A stretch of DNA of 64,000 bases from Syntrophales bacterium (lineage in GTDB: Bacteria; Desulfobacterota; Syntrophia; Syntrophales; UBA8958): positions 76,699 to 140,698 of the forward strand of contig JAOACW010000003.1 in NCBI GenBank assembly GCA_026417625.1, read 5' to 3'. Positions within the stretch are counted from its first letter, which is position 1; every line of letters starts with the position of its first letter. The position numbers were made by a program, and so were the translations under genes. Shown in pieces: positions 47,889 to 56,214 of the stretch. The notes beneath the pieces were generated by a model. It did not search any database, was not told the DNA's origin, and saw nothing but the letters and a program-made list of their open reading frames with translations.

Positions 47889-49583
47889 ATGACAGCTGCG
47901 GAGACGACTTCTTCCACAGATTTTATAAGGGAGATTATAGAACGTGAGTTAAAAGAAGGAAAACACGAACGAATAGTTACAAGATTTCCGCCGGAGCCCA
48001 ATGGGTATTTACACATCGGCCACGCTAAGAGCGTCTGTCTAAATTTCGGAATTGCGGAGCAGTTCGGGGGTATCTGTAACCTAAGAATGGACGATACGGA
48101 TCCAAGTGGAGAGTCAATGGAGTTTGTGGACTCTATCATCAATGACGTCCGTTGGCTTGGTTTTGATTGGGAAGACAGATTGTACTTTGCCTCTGACTAT
48201 TTCGATAAGCTCTACGATTACGCGGTGGAATTGATAAAAAAGGGGAAAGCGTATGTGTGTGCTCTTACGCCCGACGAGATAAGGGAGTACAGAGGAACGT
48301 TGACAGAGCCGGGCAAGGAGAGCCCGTACAGGAATCGCCCGGTAGAAGAAAATCTTGAACTCTTTGAAAGGATGCGCCGCGGTGAGTTCGATGATGGTGC
48401 GTTGGTTTTGCGGGCAAAGATAGACATGTCATCCCCTAACTTGGTGATGAGGGATCCTGTTATTTACCGAATTAAACGGACTCCCCACTACCGAACAGGT
48501 ACAAAATGGGTAATTTATCCTATGTATGACTTTGCCCATTGTTTGTCTGACTATATTGAAGGCGTGACACATTCTATTTGTACACTGGAGTTTGAGAATA
48601 ATCGTCAACTTTACGACTGGTTTTTAGATGAGTTGGTCACGGGAAAGCGGCCTCGCCAGATAGAATTCGCTCGGCTGAACCTGAGCTATACTGTTCTGAG
48701 CAAAAGAAAGCTAAGCGAGCTTGTGGAAAAAGGGATAGTCAGCGGTTGGGATGATCCCCGTATGCCGACGATTGCCGGCATGAGGCGCCGAGGTTATACA
48801 CCTGCAGCGATACGTGATTTTGCAGCGCGTATAGGTGTAGCGAGAAGTGACAGTTTGGTAGACGTATCTCTTTTGGAGTCTTGTGTGAGAGATGATTTAA
48901 ATAAAACGGCTGTGCGAGCAATGGCTGTTCTTAAACCACTTAGACTTGTGATCGATAACTACCCGGAAGGTCGGGTTGAAGAATTTGAATGTCCGAAAAA
49001 TCCACTCGAGCCCATGATGGGAACTAGGAGAGTTCCTTTTTCCAAGATACTTTTTATCGATGAAGAAGACTTTATGGAGGATCCTCCAAAGAATTTTAAG
49101 CGATTGGCACCAGGGAGAGAAGTGAGGCTTCGGTATGCGTACATAGTTAAATGTAAGGATGTGGTCAGAGACCCAAATACGGGAAAGATTTTGGAGGTTC
49201 GTTGTACATACGACCCATCTTCGCTTAATACAGCCACGGGAGAAGCTAGAAAAGTAGATGGGGTTATCCACTGGGTTTCGGCGGAACATGCAGTGTCCGC
49301 TGAGGTACGGCTCTTCGATAGGTTGTTTACTGTGCCAGATCCAGGCAGTGAGGAAGATTTTCTAAAATACGTTAATCCGGATTCTCTAAAGGTTCTTACT
49401 GGTTGTTTTGTAGAACCAAATTTGAAAGATGCTTCTCCTGAGGATCGTTTCCAGTTTGAGAGAGTGGGTTACTTCTGTGTGGATTTGAAAGATAGCAGGG
49501 ATGGAAAACTGGTCTTCAATCGCACGGTTACTTTGAAAGATTCGTGGAGTAAGATTGCAAAGAAGCAAACTTCAATGTCTTAA
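47889..49583 (+). CDS. glnS: Glutaminyl-tRNA synthetase
   Basis: 564 aa; [32 protein letters not shown]. Confidence 0.92.
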   Translation: MTAAETTSSTDFIREIIERELKEGKHERIVTRFPPEPNGYLHIGHAKSVCLNFGIAEQFGGICNLRMDDTDPSGESMEFVDSIINDVRWLGFDWEDRLYFASDYFDKLYDYAVELIKKGKAYVCALTPDEIREYRGTLTEPGKESPYRNRPVEENLELFERMRRGEFDDGALVLRAKIDMSSPNLVMRDPVIYRIKRTPHYRTGTKWVIYPMYDFAHCLSDYIEGVTHSICTLEFENNRQLYDWFLDELVTGKRPRQIEFARLNLSYTVLSKRKLSELVEKGIVSGWDDPRMPTIAGMRRRGYTPAAIRDFAARIGVARSDSLVDVSLLESCVRDDLNKTAVRAMAVLKPLRLVIDNYPEGRVEEFECPKNPLEPMMGTRRVPFSKILFIDEEDFMEDPPKNFKRLAPGREVRLRYAYIVKCKDVVRDPNTGKILEVRCTYDPSSLNTATGEARKVDGVIHWVSAEHAVSAEVRLFDRLFTVPDPGSEEDFLKYVNPDSLKVLTGCFVEPNLKDASPEDRFQFERVGYFCVDLKDSRDGKLVFNRTVTLKDSWSKIAKKQTSMS

Positions 49584-51290
49584 AAAGGCGAGGAGCTCTT
49601 CAAGGGGAAGGCAATTTAGTATATGAGATTTTTCACACCAACCCCGCCGGGCAACACCTAAACCAAATCTCATTAGGTGAAGTTGATGGATATTGTGGGC
49701 GTCAGTCCCGAGGGCTAACATAACCCCGGCCTCTCTCGCTTGGAAAACATGGAGGTCCTTTAGATCTAACCTGTCGGGCATAGCATTTATCTCTAAAGCT
49801 TTACCCATTTTTTTTGTTTCTCTGAAAATGGCATCTAAGTCCAATTCAACTGGGTTTCTTTCACCGATAAGACGGCATGTAGGATGTCCGATTATATCCA
49901 CATGAGGATTTCTCAAAGCCATCAACATCCGTTTTGTCATTTGCTCGGAACTTTGGCGAAATGAAGAGTGAATGGCTGCGATAACTATGTCAAGTTCCGC
50001 AAGAATGCTGTCTGGTAGATCTAAAGTTCCGTCTGCCCGAATGTCCACTTCAATCCCTGTAAGAATGCGAAATGGTTGAAAGAATCTATTTAAACGGTTT
50101 ATCTCTTCCATTTGTTTTCTTAAGCGGCTTTCATCAAGACCGCGCATACCACCTCTACCACGGGAATGGTCAGTGACAGCCATATATTCGTAACCGCATG
50201 CGATGGCAGCTTCGGCCATTTCTTCTATGGAGTTGATACCATCACTCCAATGTGTATGCACATGCAAATCCCCTTTTATGTCTGAGAGACTGACCAATTT
50301 GGGTAGAGCTCCGCTTTCTGCAACTTCTATTTCTCCTCTCCCCTCTCGGATTTCCGGGGGTATGTATTGCATACCAAGGCGGTCATAAAAAGCTTCTTCC
50401 GATGAAAATTTTTCTATTTTGTTTTGTTTGATTTCTGTAATACCGTACTCGCTCAGTTTGAGGCCTTTTTTCTGGGCCTTTGTTCTTAGCTCGATGTTGT
50501 GTTCTTTGCTACCGGTGAAGTACTGAAGAAGAGAACCGAAAGCATCGGGTTCCACAATGCGAAGGTCCATCTGAACATCTGGATGGACAATTATACTTGC
50601 TTTTGTGCTCCCTTTGGCAACGACTTCTTTTACATCTGGCATAGAGCAAAAAATTTCGATAACTTCCCGCGGATCTCGGGCGGTGCCCATAATATCTATG
50701 TCTCCCACAGTTTCTCGGAAGCGTCTTAAACTGCCTGCAGGCAACAGTTGCGTGACACCAGGGACTTCCTTTAGTTTTTTAATCACATCTTCCACAAGAG
50801 GCAGGGCTTCACCTATGGGGATACGGCGATCCTTGCGGCGAAGAGAGTGAATGTGTTGGAGAATGTTTTTCGCGCTTTTCTCACCCATTCGGAAGAGGTG
50901 GGATACTCTTCCCTCCAGTATTGCTTTTTCTAGTTGATCCACTGATTCTATGTTGAGTTCAGTAATCAACCGATAGGCAGTTCTAGGTCCAATGCCGGGA
51001 ATTTCCATAAGTTGGAGGATTCCTACTGGAAATTGGGATTTCAGCTCTTCGTAAGCATTGAGCTTACCTGTGTATATTAGCTCTTGGATTTTTTTAGCAA
51101 TGGCTTCCCCTATTCCTGGGATTTTTTGTATATTTTCACCTTCTTCCAGCATCGTTTTCAGTTCTTTAGGTAAATGTTCGATGATATGGGCAGCTTTCCT
51201 GTACGCTCTGATTTTGAAAGGGTTTTCTCCTTTCAGTTCAAGGAGATCTGCTATATCTTTGAAAGCTTTGGCTATTTCAGCATTTCTCAT
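49572..51290 (-). CDS. polX: Family X DNA polymerase with a C-terminal PHP domain (PolX)
   Basis: [10 protein letters not shown]..; HhH motifs ([24 protein letters not shown]), GSLRR..VGDIDI, and [12 protein letters not shown]. Start is at ATG 51290. The 3' end overlaps glnS by 12 nt. Confidence 0.88.
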   Translation of the reverse strand: MRNAEIAKAFKDIADLLELKGENPFKIRAYRKAAHIIEHLPKELKTMLEEGENIQKIPGIGEAIAKKIQELIYTGKLNAYEELKSQFPVGILQLMEIPGIGPRTAYRLITELNIESVDQLEKAILEGRVSHLFRMGEKSAKNILQHIHSLRRKDRRIPIGEALPLVEDVIKKLKEVPGVTQLLPAGSLRRFRETVGDIDIMGTARDPREVIEIFCSMPDVKEVVAKGSTKASIIVHPDVQMDLRIVEPDAFGSLLQYFTGSKEHNIELRTKAQKKGLKLSEYGITEIKQNKIEKFSSEEAFYDRLGMQYIPPEIREGRGEIEVAESGALPKLVSLSDIKGDLHVHTHWSDGINSIEEMAEAAIACGYEYMAVTDHSRGRGGMRGLDESRLRKQMEEINRLNRFFQPFRILTGIEVDIRADGTLDLPDSILAELDIVIAAIHSSFRQSSEQMTKRMLMALRNPHVDIIGHPTCRLIGERNPVELDLDAIFRETKKMGKALEINAMPDRLDLKDLHVFQAREAGVMLALGTDAHNIHQLHLMRFGLGVARRGWCEKSHILNCLPLEELLAFLRH

Positions 51291-51312
51291 TAAGATACCT
51301 CTCTTTTTATGT

Positions 51313-51525
51313 TCACCACCATCTACCACGGGATTCGTATGTTTTGATAAAGTTCTCTATTGTTCTATTGTAGGTTTTTTCCACGTCTTTTGGAAAAAAA
51401 CAGGCGGGGAATTGTCCTTTGCGAAGATGGTAGTGAACGCACTCACAGCATATTCCCTTTCTGCTGCAGGGTTCATACGTACATGTACATAAATTTTTGT
51501 TTTTCTGAATGTTGCACTCCTTCAT
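51313..51525 (-). CDS. Small Cys-rich protein (8 Cys, 2 His). It resembles the widespread uncharacterised CxC..C..CCxC family of anaerobes (DUF6485-like, recalled from memory).
   Basis: 70 aa: MKECNIQKNKNLCTCTYEPCSRKGICCECVHYHLRKGQFPACFFP... AGGAGG lies 5 nt upstream. It sits directly upstream of polX on the same strand. Confidence 0.7.
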   Translation of the reverse strand: MKECNIQKNKNLCTCTYEPCSRKGICCECVHYHLRKGQFPACFFPKDVEKTYNRTIENFIKTYESRGRWW

Positions 51526-51643
51526 TTTCGCCTCCTAAAGGGTTTTGTATTTATATACGATAAACTGGAGATGATTGCCATACACAAAGGATTGTGTGTT
51601 TTTTGCGGGCTTTATATAGAGTTAAATAGTTCTGGATGTTTCG

Positions 51644-51672
51644 TTGACAGTTGAAATGACAAACAATATATT
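51644..51672 (+). promoter_or_regulatory. Sigma70-type promoter of the PqqD-MEMO gene
   Basis: TTGACA (51644-49), 17 nt, TATATT (51667-72), ~48 nt before ATG 51721 (SD AAGGAG). Confidence 0.6.
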
Positions 51673-51720
51673 GATTGATTAGTTTTTGAGTGTATATGAG
51701 ATGTTAGCAATAAGGAGAAC

Positions 51721-52929
51721 ATGGATTATCCTCTTCTAAGACCTATCGAAATGATACCTTTTTGGGAGAGTGGAAGGCAACGCGTTCTTTTGCGTGACCC
51801 CGAAGGAATACTTGAGGAACCACTTGTTGTTTCTAAAGAGACGGCAATTATTCTTCTGCTAATGGATGGCACGAGATCTCTGAGGGATATCCAAGCAGAT
51901 TATATGAGGAAGTATGGGGAATTACTGTACATTGAAAAACTTCAAGAACTGGTTGTTTTCCTTGAAAATAGCAATCTTCTGCTAAGTGAGAGATACAAGA
52001 GTTATGTGGAGTCCCTGCGACTAGATTACGAACGAAAAGAGGTGAGGCCTCCATTTCTTGCGGGGAAAAGTTATCCTGCTTCCCCGAGAGAGCTTGAGGA
52101 GTATCTGACGGGATTACTGGAATTAGATCAACTTGAGCAATCTGACAAATTACCTCACATTAGGGGCATACTCTCTCCTCATATAGATTACAGTAGAGGA
52201 GGTAGAGTGTATGGTAAGGTCTATTCCTTTCTTAAAGGAGTTGATGTAGATCTTGTAATTATACTTGGAACTTCTCATAGACCATTGCGTAGACTGTGGG
52301 CAATATCTTTGAAGGATTTTGCTACGCCATTGGGCAGAATTGCTGTTTCTGAGGAAATGAAAAGTTTGATATATGGTTCGTCTGTTTTAAAAAATTACGT
52401 TGACGAGTGGCCACACAGGGTGGAACATTCTGTGGAATTGCAATTACCCTTTCTTCAAATGACACTTGGCAATAATTTCCAAGTGCTCCCCATCCTTACA
52501 GGTGGTATGGAGGAATTTGTGAGAGGCGATAGGATCCTTGATGATCCAGAAGTGGCAGCTCTTGTGGAATCATTTAGGTCTTGCCTTGATAAATACGGAG
52601 AATCGTATATAGTTGTATCAGGTGCAGATCTGGCGCACATCGGTTATCAATTTGGCGATGCCTTTCCTGTAAGTGAATCCGCTCTCGATTATTCGCGCAG
52701 GAAGGACGAGCTTGTACTGGATATGATTGTTAGAGGTAATGCCACAGGTTTTTTTGAAGTGGTGAAAGAGGAAAAGGATGCACGTCGTATTTGTGGATTG
52801 AGTCCAATTTATTTTCAGCTTCGTTTGTTGGAGAAGTGCAGGGGGAAGGTTGTGGCTTATGAACAATGGGTAAACGGAGGATCATCAGTAAGTTTTGCAG
52901 GAGCTGTTTTTTTTGAAAGTAGTGGATAA
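51721..52929 (+). CDS. MEMO1/AmmeMemoRadiSam-B family protein with an N-terminal PqqD-like (RRE-like) domain
   Basis: 402 aa. Residues ~110-400 carry MEMO motifs (AGKSYP, SPHIDYSRGG, ILGTSH, TPLG, EHSVELQLPFLQ, SGADLAHIG, ICGLSP). Residues ~20-95 (RVLLRDPEGILEEPLVVSKETAIILLLMDGTRSLRDIQADYMRKYG..LQELVVFLENSNLL) match the PqqD pattern ([22 protein letters not shown]..I...L...). Confidence 0.75.
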   Translation: MDYPLLRPIEMIPFWESGRQRVLLRDPEGILEEPLVVSKETAIILLLMDGTRSLRDIQADYMRKYGELLYIEKLQELVVFLENSNLLLSERYKSYVESLRLDYERKEVRPPFLAGKSYPASPRELEEYLTGLLELDQLEQSDKLPHIRGILSPHIDYSRGGRVYGKVYSFLKGVDVDLVIILGTSHRPLRRLWAISLKDFATPLGRIAVSEEMKSLIYGSSVLKNYVDEWPHRVEHSVELQLPFLQMTLGNNFQVLPILTGGMEEFVRGDRILDDPEVAALVESFRSCLDKYGESYIVVSGADLAHIGYQFGDAFPVSESALDYSRRKDELVLDMIVRGNATGFFEVVKEEKDARRICGLSPIYFQLRLLEKCRGKVVAYEQWVNGGSSVSFAGAVFFESSG

Positions 52930-52995
52930 TATTTGGGAGATAAGTGAATGTTCTTTTTTTTCTAAGTTTTGTTTTTATTCGTTGGAGGGAAGTTT

Positions 52996-54084
52996 ATGGC
53001 GGAAATTCGGATCGGTATCGTCGGGGTGGGAAATTGTGCCAGTTCTTTGATTCAGGGTATTCATTACTATGCTGATAAAAAAGATGCCATAGGGCTCATG
53101 CATTACAGTATTGGAGGATATGAACCGGGTGATATAAAGGTTGTTGCTGCATTCGATATAGATGCTAGGAAGGTTAACAAACCCCTCCATGAAGCCGTTT
53201 TTGTGCTGCCCAACTGTACAAAGAGATTAGTGCAGAGTTTGCCAGATCTGGGTGTTAAAGTAATGATGGGTCCTGTATTTGATGGTATTGCACCTCATAT
53301 GCATGATTATCCCCCCCACAGAACATTTATTGTAGCTGAGGAGAAACCAGTTGATGTTGTTGAAGTTTTAAAGAATTCCGGTGTGGAGATCTTGATAAAT
53401 TACCTTCCAGTGGGATCTGAAGAGGCAACCCGTTTTTATGCGAATTGTTGTCTGGAGGCGGGAGTTAGTTTCATCAACTGTATTCCAGTTTTCATTGCTT
53501 CTGATGATTTATGGGCCAAGAGATTTAAAGAAAAAAATATCCCGTTGATAGGGGATGATGTTAAATCTCAGATAGGGGCAACTGTATTGCACAGAACACT
53601 TGTTAGATTGTTTAGGGAACGTGGAGTTAAGTTGAATCGGACATACCAGTTAAATACTGGGGGTAATACCGATTTTCTAAACATGATGAATCACCAGAGG
53701 ATCAAATGGAAACGTATCTCAAAAACAGATGCTGTCCAATCCCAATTGGAAGTCCCCCTCCCAGATGAAGATATCCATATAGGTCCTTCGGATTATGTAC
53801 CCTGGCAGTTTGATAACAAGGTGTGTTTCATAAGGATGGAAGGGAGGATATTTGGAGATGTGCCGGTGGAACTGGAACTTAGACTGTCAGTGGAAGATTC
53901 ACCAAATAGTGCAGGATGTGTGATAGATGCTATAAGATGCTGTAAACTTGCTAGGGAACGGGGGATAGGAGGTGTTTTGGAGTCTGTGTCTGCATTTACA
54001 ATGAAACGTCCTCCAAAGCAGTACACTGATTCGGTGGCACGAGTGATGATGGAGGAATTTATCGCGGGTCGTAGAGATATATAA
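52996..54084 (+). CDS. ino1: myo-inositol-1-phosphate (inositol-3-phosphate) synthase, archaeal/bacterial short type
   Basis: MAEIRIGIVGVGNCASSLIQGIHYY.., INYLPVGSE, GDDVKSQIGAT, NTGGNTDF. Start is ATG 52996. Confidence 0.88.
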   Translation: MAEIRIGIVGVGNCASSLIQGIHYYADKKDAIGLMHYSIGGYEPGDIKVVAAFDIDARKVNKPLHEAVFVLPNCTKRLVQSLPDLGVKVMMGPVFDGIAPHMHDYPPHRTFIVAEEKPVDVVEVLKNSGVEILINYLPVGSEEATRFYANCCLEAGVSFINCIPVFIASDDLWAKRFKEKNIPLIGDDVKSQIGATVLHRTLVRLFRERGVKLNRTYQLNTGGNTDFLNMMNHQRIKWKRISKTDAVQSQLEVPLPDEDIHIGPSDYVPWQFDNKVCFIRMEGRIFGDVPVELELRLSVEDSPNSAGCVIDAIRCCKLARERGIGGVLESVSAFTMKRPPKQYTDSVARVMMEEFIAGRRDI

Positions 54085-54096
54085 TCGGGTGTTAAG

Positions 54097-54678
54097 TTGA
54101 TTGCGGCGAAAATAGGTCATACGCTTGATCCATATATTCTGAGGGTTTATCGGTTTTTATTTTTGGGTAGGTCTGTTAACCCAAACTCGTTGACGATTTT
54201 TAGTTTTCTATGGGCATTAATAGCCGCAGTATTTATAGTGCAGGAGCGGTTTTTTTTAGGGGGACTATGTTTAATGGTCTCAGGTTTTTTTGATCTTGTT
54301 GACGGAGCCGTTGCAAGGAGCACTAATCGTGTTTCCAGTTTCGGAGGGGTTTTGGATTCCGTTCTCGATAGGTACAGTGATTTACTCGTAACTATAGCCA
54401 TTGCTGTTTCCTTTATCCGCAAGGGTGATCAATTTCTTGCTGCTGTATCCCTTATCGCGGTAATGGGCGTTGCCATAATACCCTATGTTAAGGCGAGGGC
54501 CAATGCTGAGGGAATTACATGTGAGGTGGGAATTTTAGAAAGGGCAGAGAGGATCATTCTTCTCCTTGTGGGATTAATGGTTGATTTGCTTTCCCTCACC
54601 ATGATAGTTATGGCCGTTCTTTCCCATGTCACTGTAATGCAGAGGGTACTCCATGTGAAAAGATTTCTAACCAGATAG
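54097..54678 (+). CDS. CDP-alcohol phosphatidyltransferase, of the phosphatidylinositol-phosphate synthase or DIPP-synthase type
   Basis: 193 aa, multi-TM, with the signature DLVDGAVARSTNRVSSFGGVLDSVLDRYSD (D-x2-DG-x2-AR-x8-G-x3-D-x3-D). TTG start. Directly downstream of ino1. Confidence 0.8.
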   Translation: MIAAKIGHTLDPYILRVYRFLFLGRSVNPNSLTIFSFLWALIAAVFIVQERFFLGGLCLMVSGFFDLVDGAVARSTNRVSSFGGVLDSVLDRYSDLLVTIAIAVSFIRKGDQFLAAVSLIAVMGVAIIPYVKARANAEGITCEVGILERAERIILLLVGLMVDLLSLTMIVMAVLSHVTVMQRVLHVKRFLTR

Positions 54679-54945
54679 TTTTCTAAAAAGTGGAAGTCTT
54701 TTATGGTGAAGGTCGGGAAGTAAGGGGTTAGTCTTGAAGGAAAGGGTACGTACACAGAAAAGGAGAATGATGTGAGTGAATGAACAATTCCGCAGCGTTA
54801 AATGGACGATCTTTTCCTTCTCTTTGGTATTTGAGGTATGTTTTTTAGAGACGTGAATCAGGTAATACCCCAAAATTTGTATCTCCAGGTATCAAGTGAC
54901 AGTGTGGATCTTTAGCTTTAAACATTACAACTGTCGGGAGAAGGC

Positions 54946-55698
54946 GTGAGGTTATTCTTCCTGGGCACAAATGGGTGGTACGATACAAAGACAGGTAATA
55001 CCATATGTGTGTTGCTACGTACTGAACGATGGGATATTATTTTTGACGCGGGAAATGGCCTCGCAAAGATGGATAAGCTAAGAAGCGTTGATGATAAACG
55101 GCAGGCATTTATCTTACTGAGTCACTTTCACCTGGATCACATAGAGGGACTACACACCTTGGTTAAGATACCTTTCTACAGTGGGCTAACTATATGTGGA
55201 CCAGAAGGAACAAAGAGCATTCTGGGAAAGTTGATCAATCAACCTTTCACTATTCCAATGACAGATCTCCCGTATCCTGTTTCCCTGATGGAGTTGCCCG
55301 CCGAGGAGAACGAATTACCATTTAACGTTATGGCTTTACCTCTTCGTCATGTATCTTTGACTTTAGGTTATAGAATTGAGGTAGAAGGGAAGGTAGTGAC
55401 CTATTTACCAGATACCGGTTACTGTGAGAACGCATTAAGATTGGCAAATGATGCGGATATTCTCGTTTCGGAATGTGCATATCCTTCAGGGAAGGGAAAT
55501 GAGGAATGGCCGCATCTCAATCCTGAAAGTGCCGCGAGGATTGCAAGAGAGGGAAATGTGAAAAAGCTCATACTTGTTCATTTTGACGCCTTTCAGTTTC
55601 CCACTTTGCGTGATCGCAAAAAGGCAGAAATGGCAGCCAAAAAGATATTCCCCAATACAGTGGCTGCCAAGGATGACTGGGAAACGATGTTTTCTTAG
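54946..55698 (+). CDS. Metallo-beta-lactamase-fold hydrolase (RNase Z-like)
   Basis: 250 aa; LSHFHLDHIEG. GTG start. Confidence 0.75.
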   Translation: MRLFFLGTNGWYDTKTGNTICVLLRTERWDIIFDAGNGLAKMDKLRSVDDKRQAFILLSHFHLDHIEGLHTLVKIPFYSGLTICGPEGTKSILGKLINQPFTIPMTDLPYPVSLMELPAEENELPFNVMALPLRHVSLTLGYRIEVEGKVVTYLPDTGYCENALRLANDADILVSECAYPSGKGNEEWPHLNPESAARIAREGNVKKLILVHFDAFQFPTLRDRKKAEMAAKKIFPNTVAAKDDWETMFS

Positions 55699-55712
55699 AA
55701 TGTTTTCTCTCT

Positions 55713-56207
55713 TTACATAGGTCTTGGATTTCTCTCTTTACCCTTTACAAGGGATATAAAGAGAAGGAAGGCTCCGATGGAAATGGCGGAGTCAGCAACA
55801 TTGAAAGCGGGCCAGTGGGCATTCCCTATGTGAAAGTCCATAAAATCTATAACTTCTCCAAATCTCACTCTGTCTATCATGTTTCCGAGGGCACCTGCGA
55901 GGATAAGGGAAAGGGATAACACAGTTAGCGTGTCGTTTGTTTGCTGGAGTTTGAGGTAGTAAAGTATGAGTAATATGGCTGCAATACTTACCCCTGTGAA
56001 GAAGGTGTAACGTAGGAAATGGGGAGCTTCTGCCAGAAAACCAAAAGCTGCCCCTGGATTCCGCACGTGAGTTATATTGAAGAAACCGGGAAGTACAGTT
56101 ACTGTGTGGTTAAGATCAATGGAGATGTAGATGAGATATTTCGTTAGCTGATCGCAGATTAGAACCACGATTACAGTTAGCCATGTGATCCAGTATCTCT
56201 TAATCAT
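55713..56207 (-). CDS. lspA: Lipoprotein signal peptidase II
   Basis: 164 aa; DQLTK, NPGAAFG, GALGNMIDR, FNVADS. Confidence 0.92.
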   Translation of the reverse strand: MIKRYWITWLTVIVVLICDQLTKYLIYISIDLNHTVTVLPGFFNITHVRNPGAAFGFLAEAPHFLRYTFFTGVSIAAILLILYYLKLQQTNDTLTVLSLSLILAGALGNMIDRVRFGEVIDFMDFHIGNAHWPAFNVADSAISIGAFLLFISLVKGKERNPRPM

Positions 56208-56214
56208 TTGGCGG

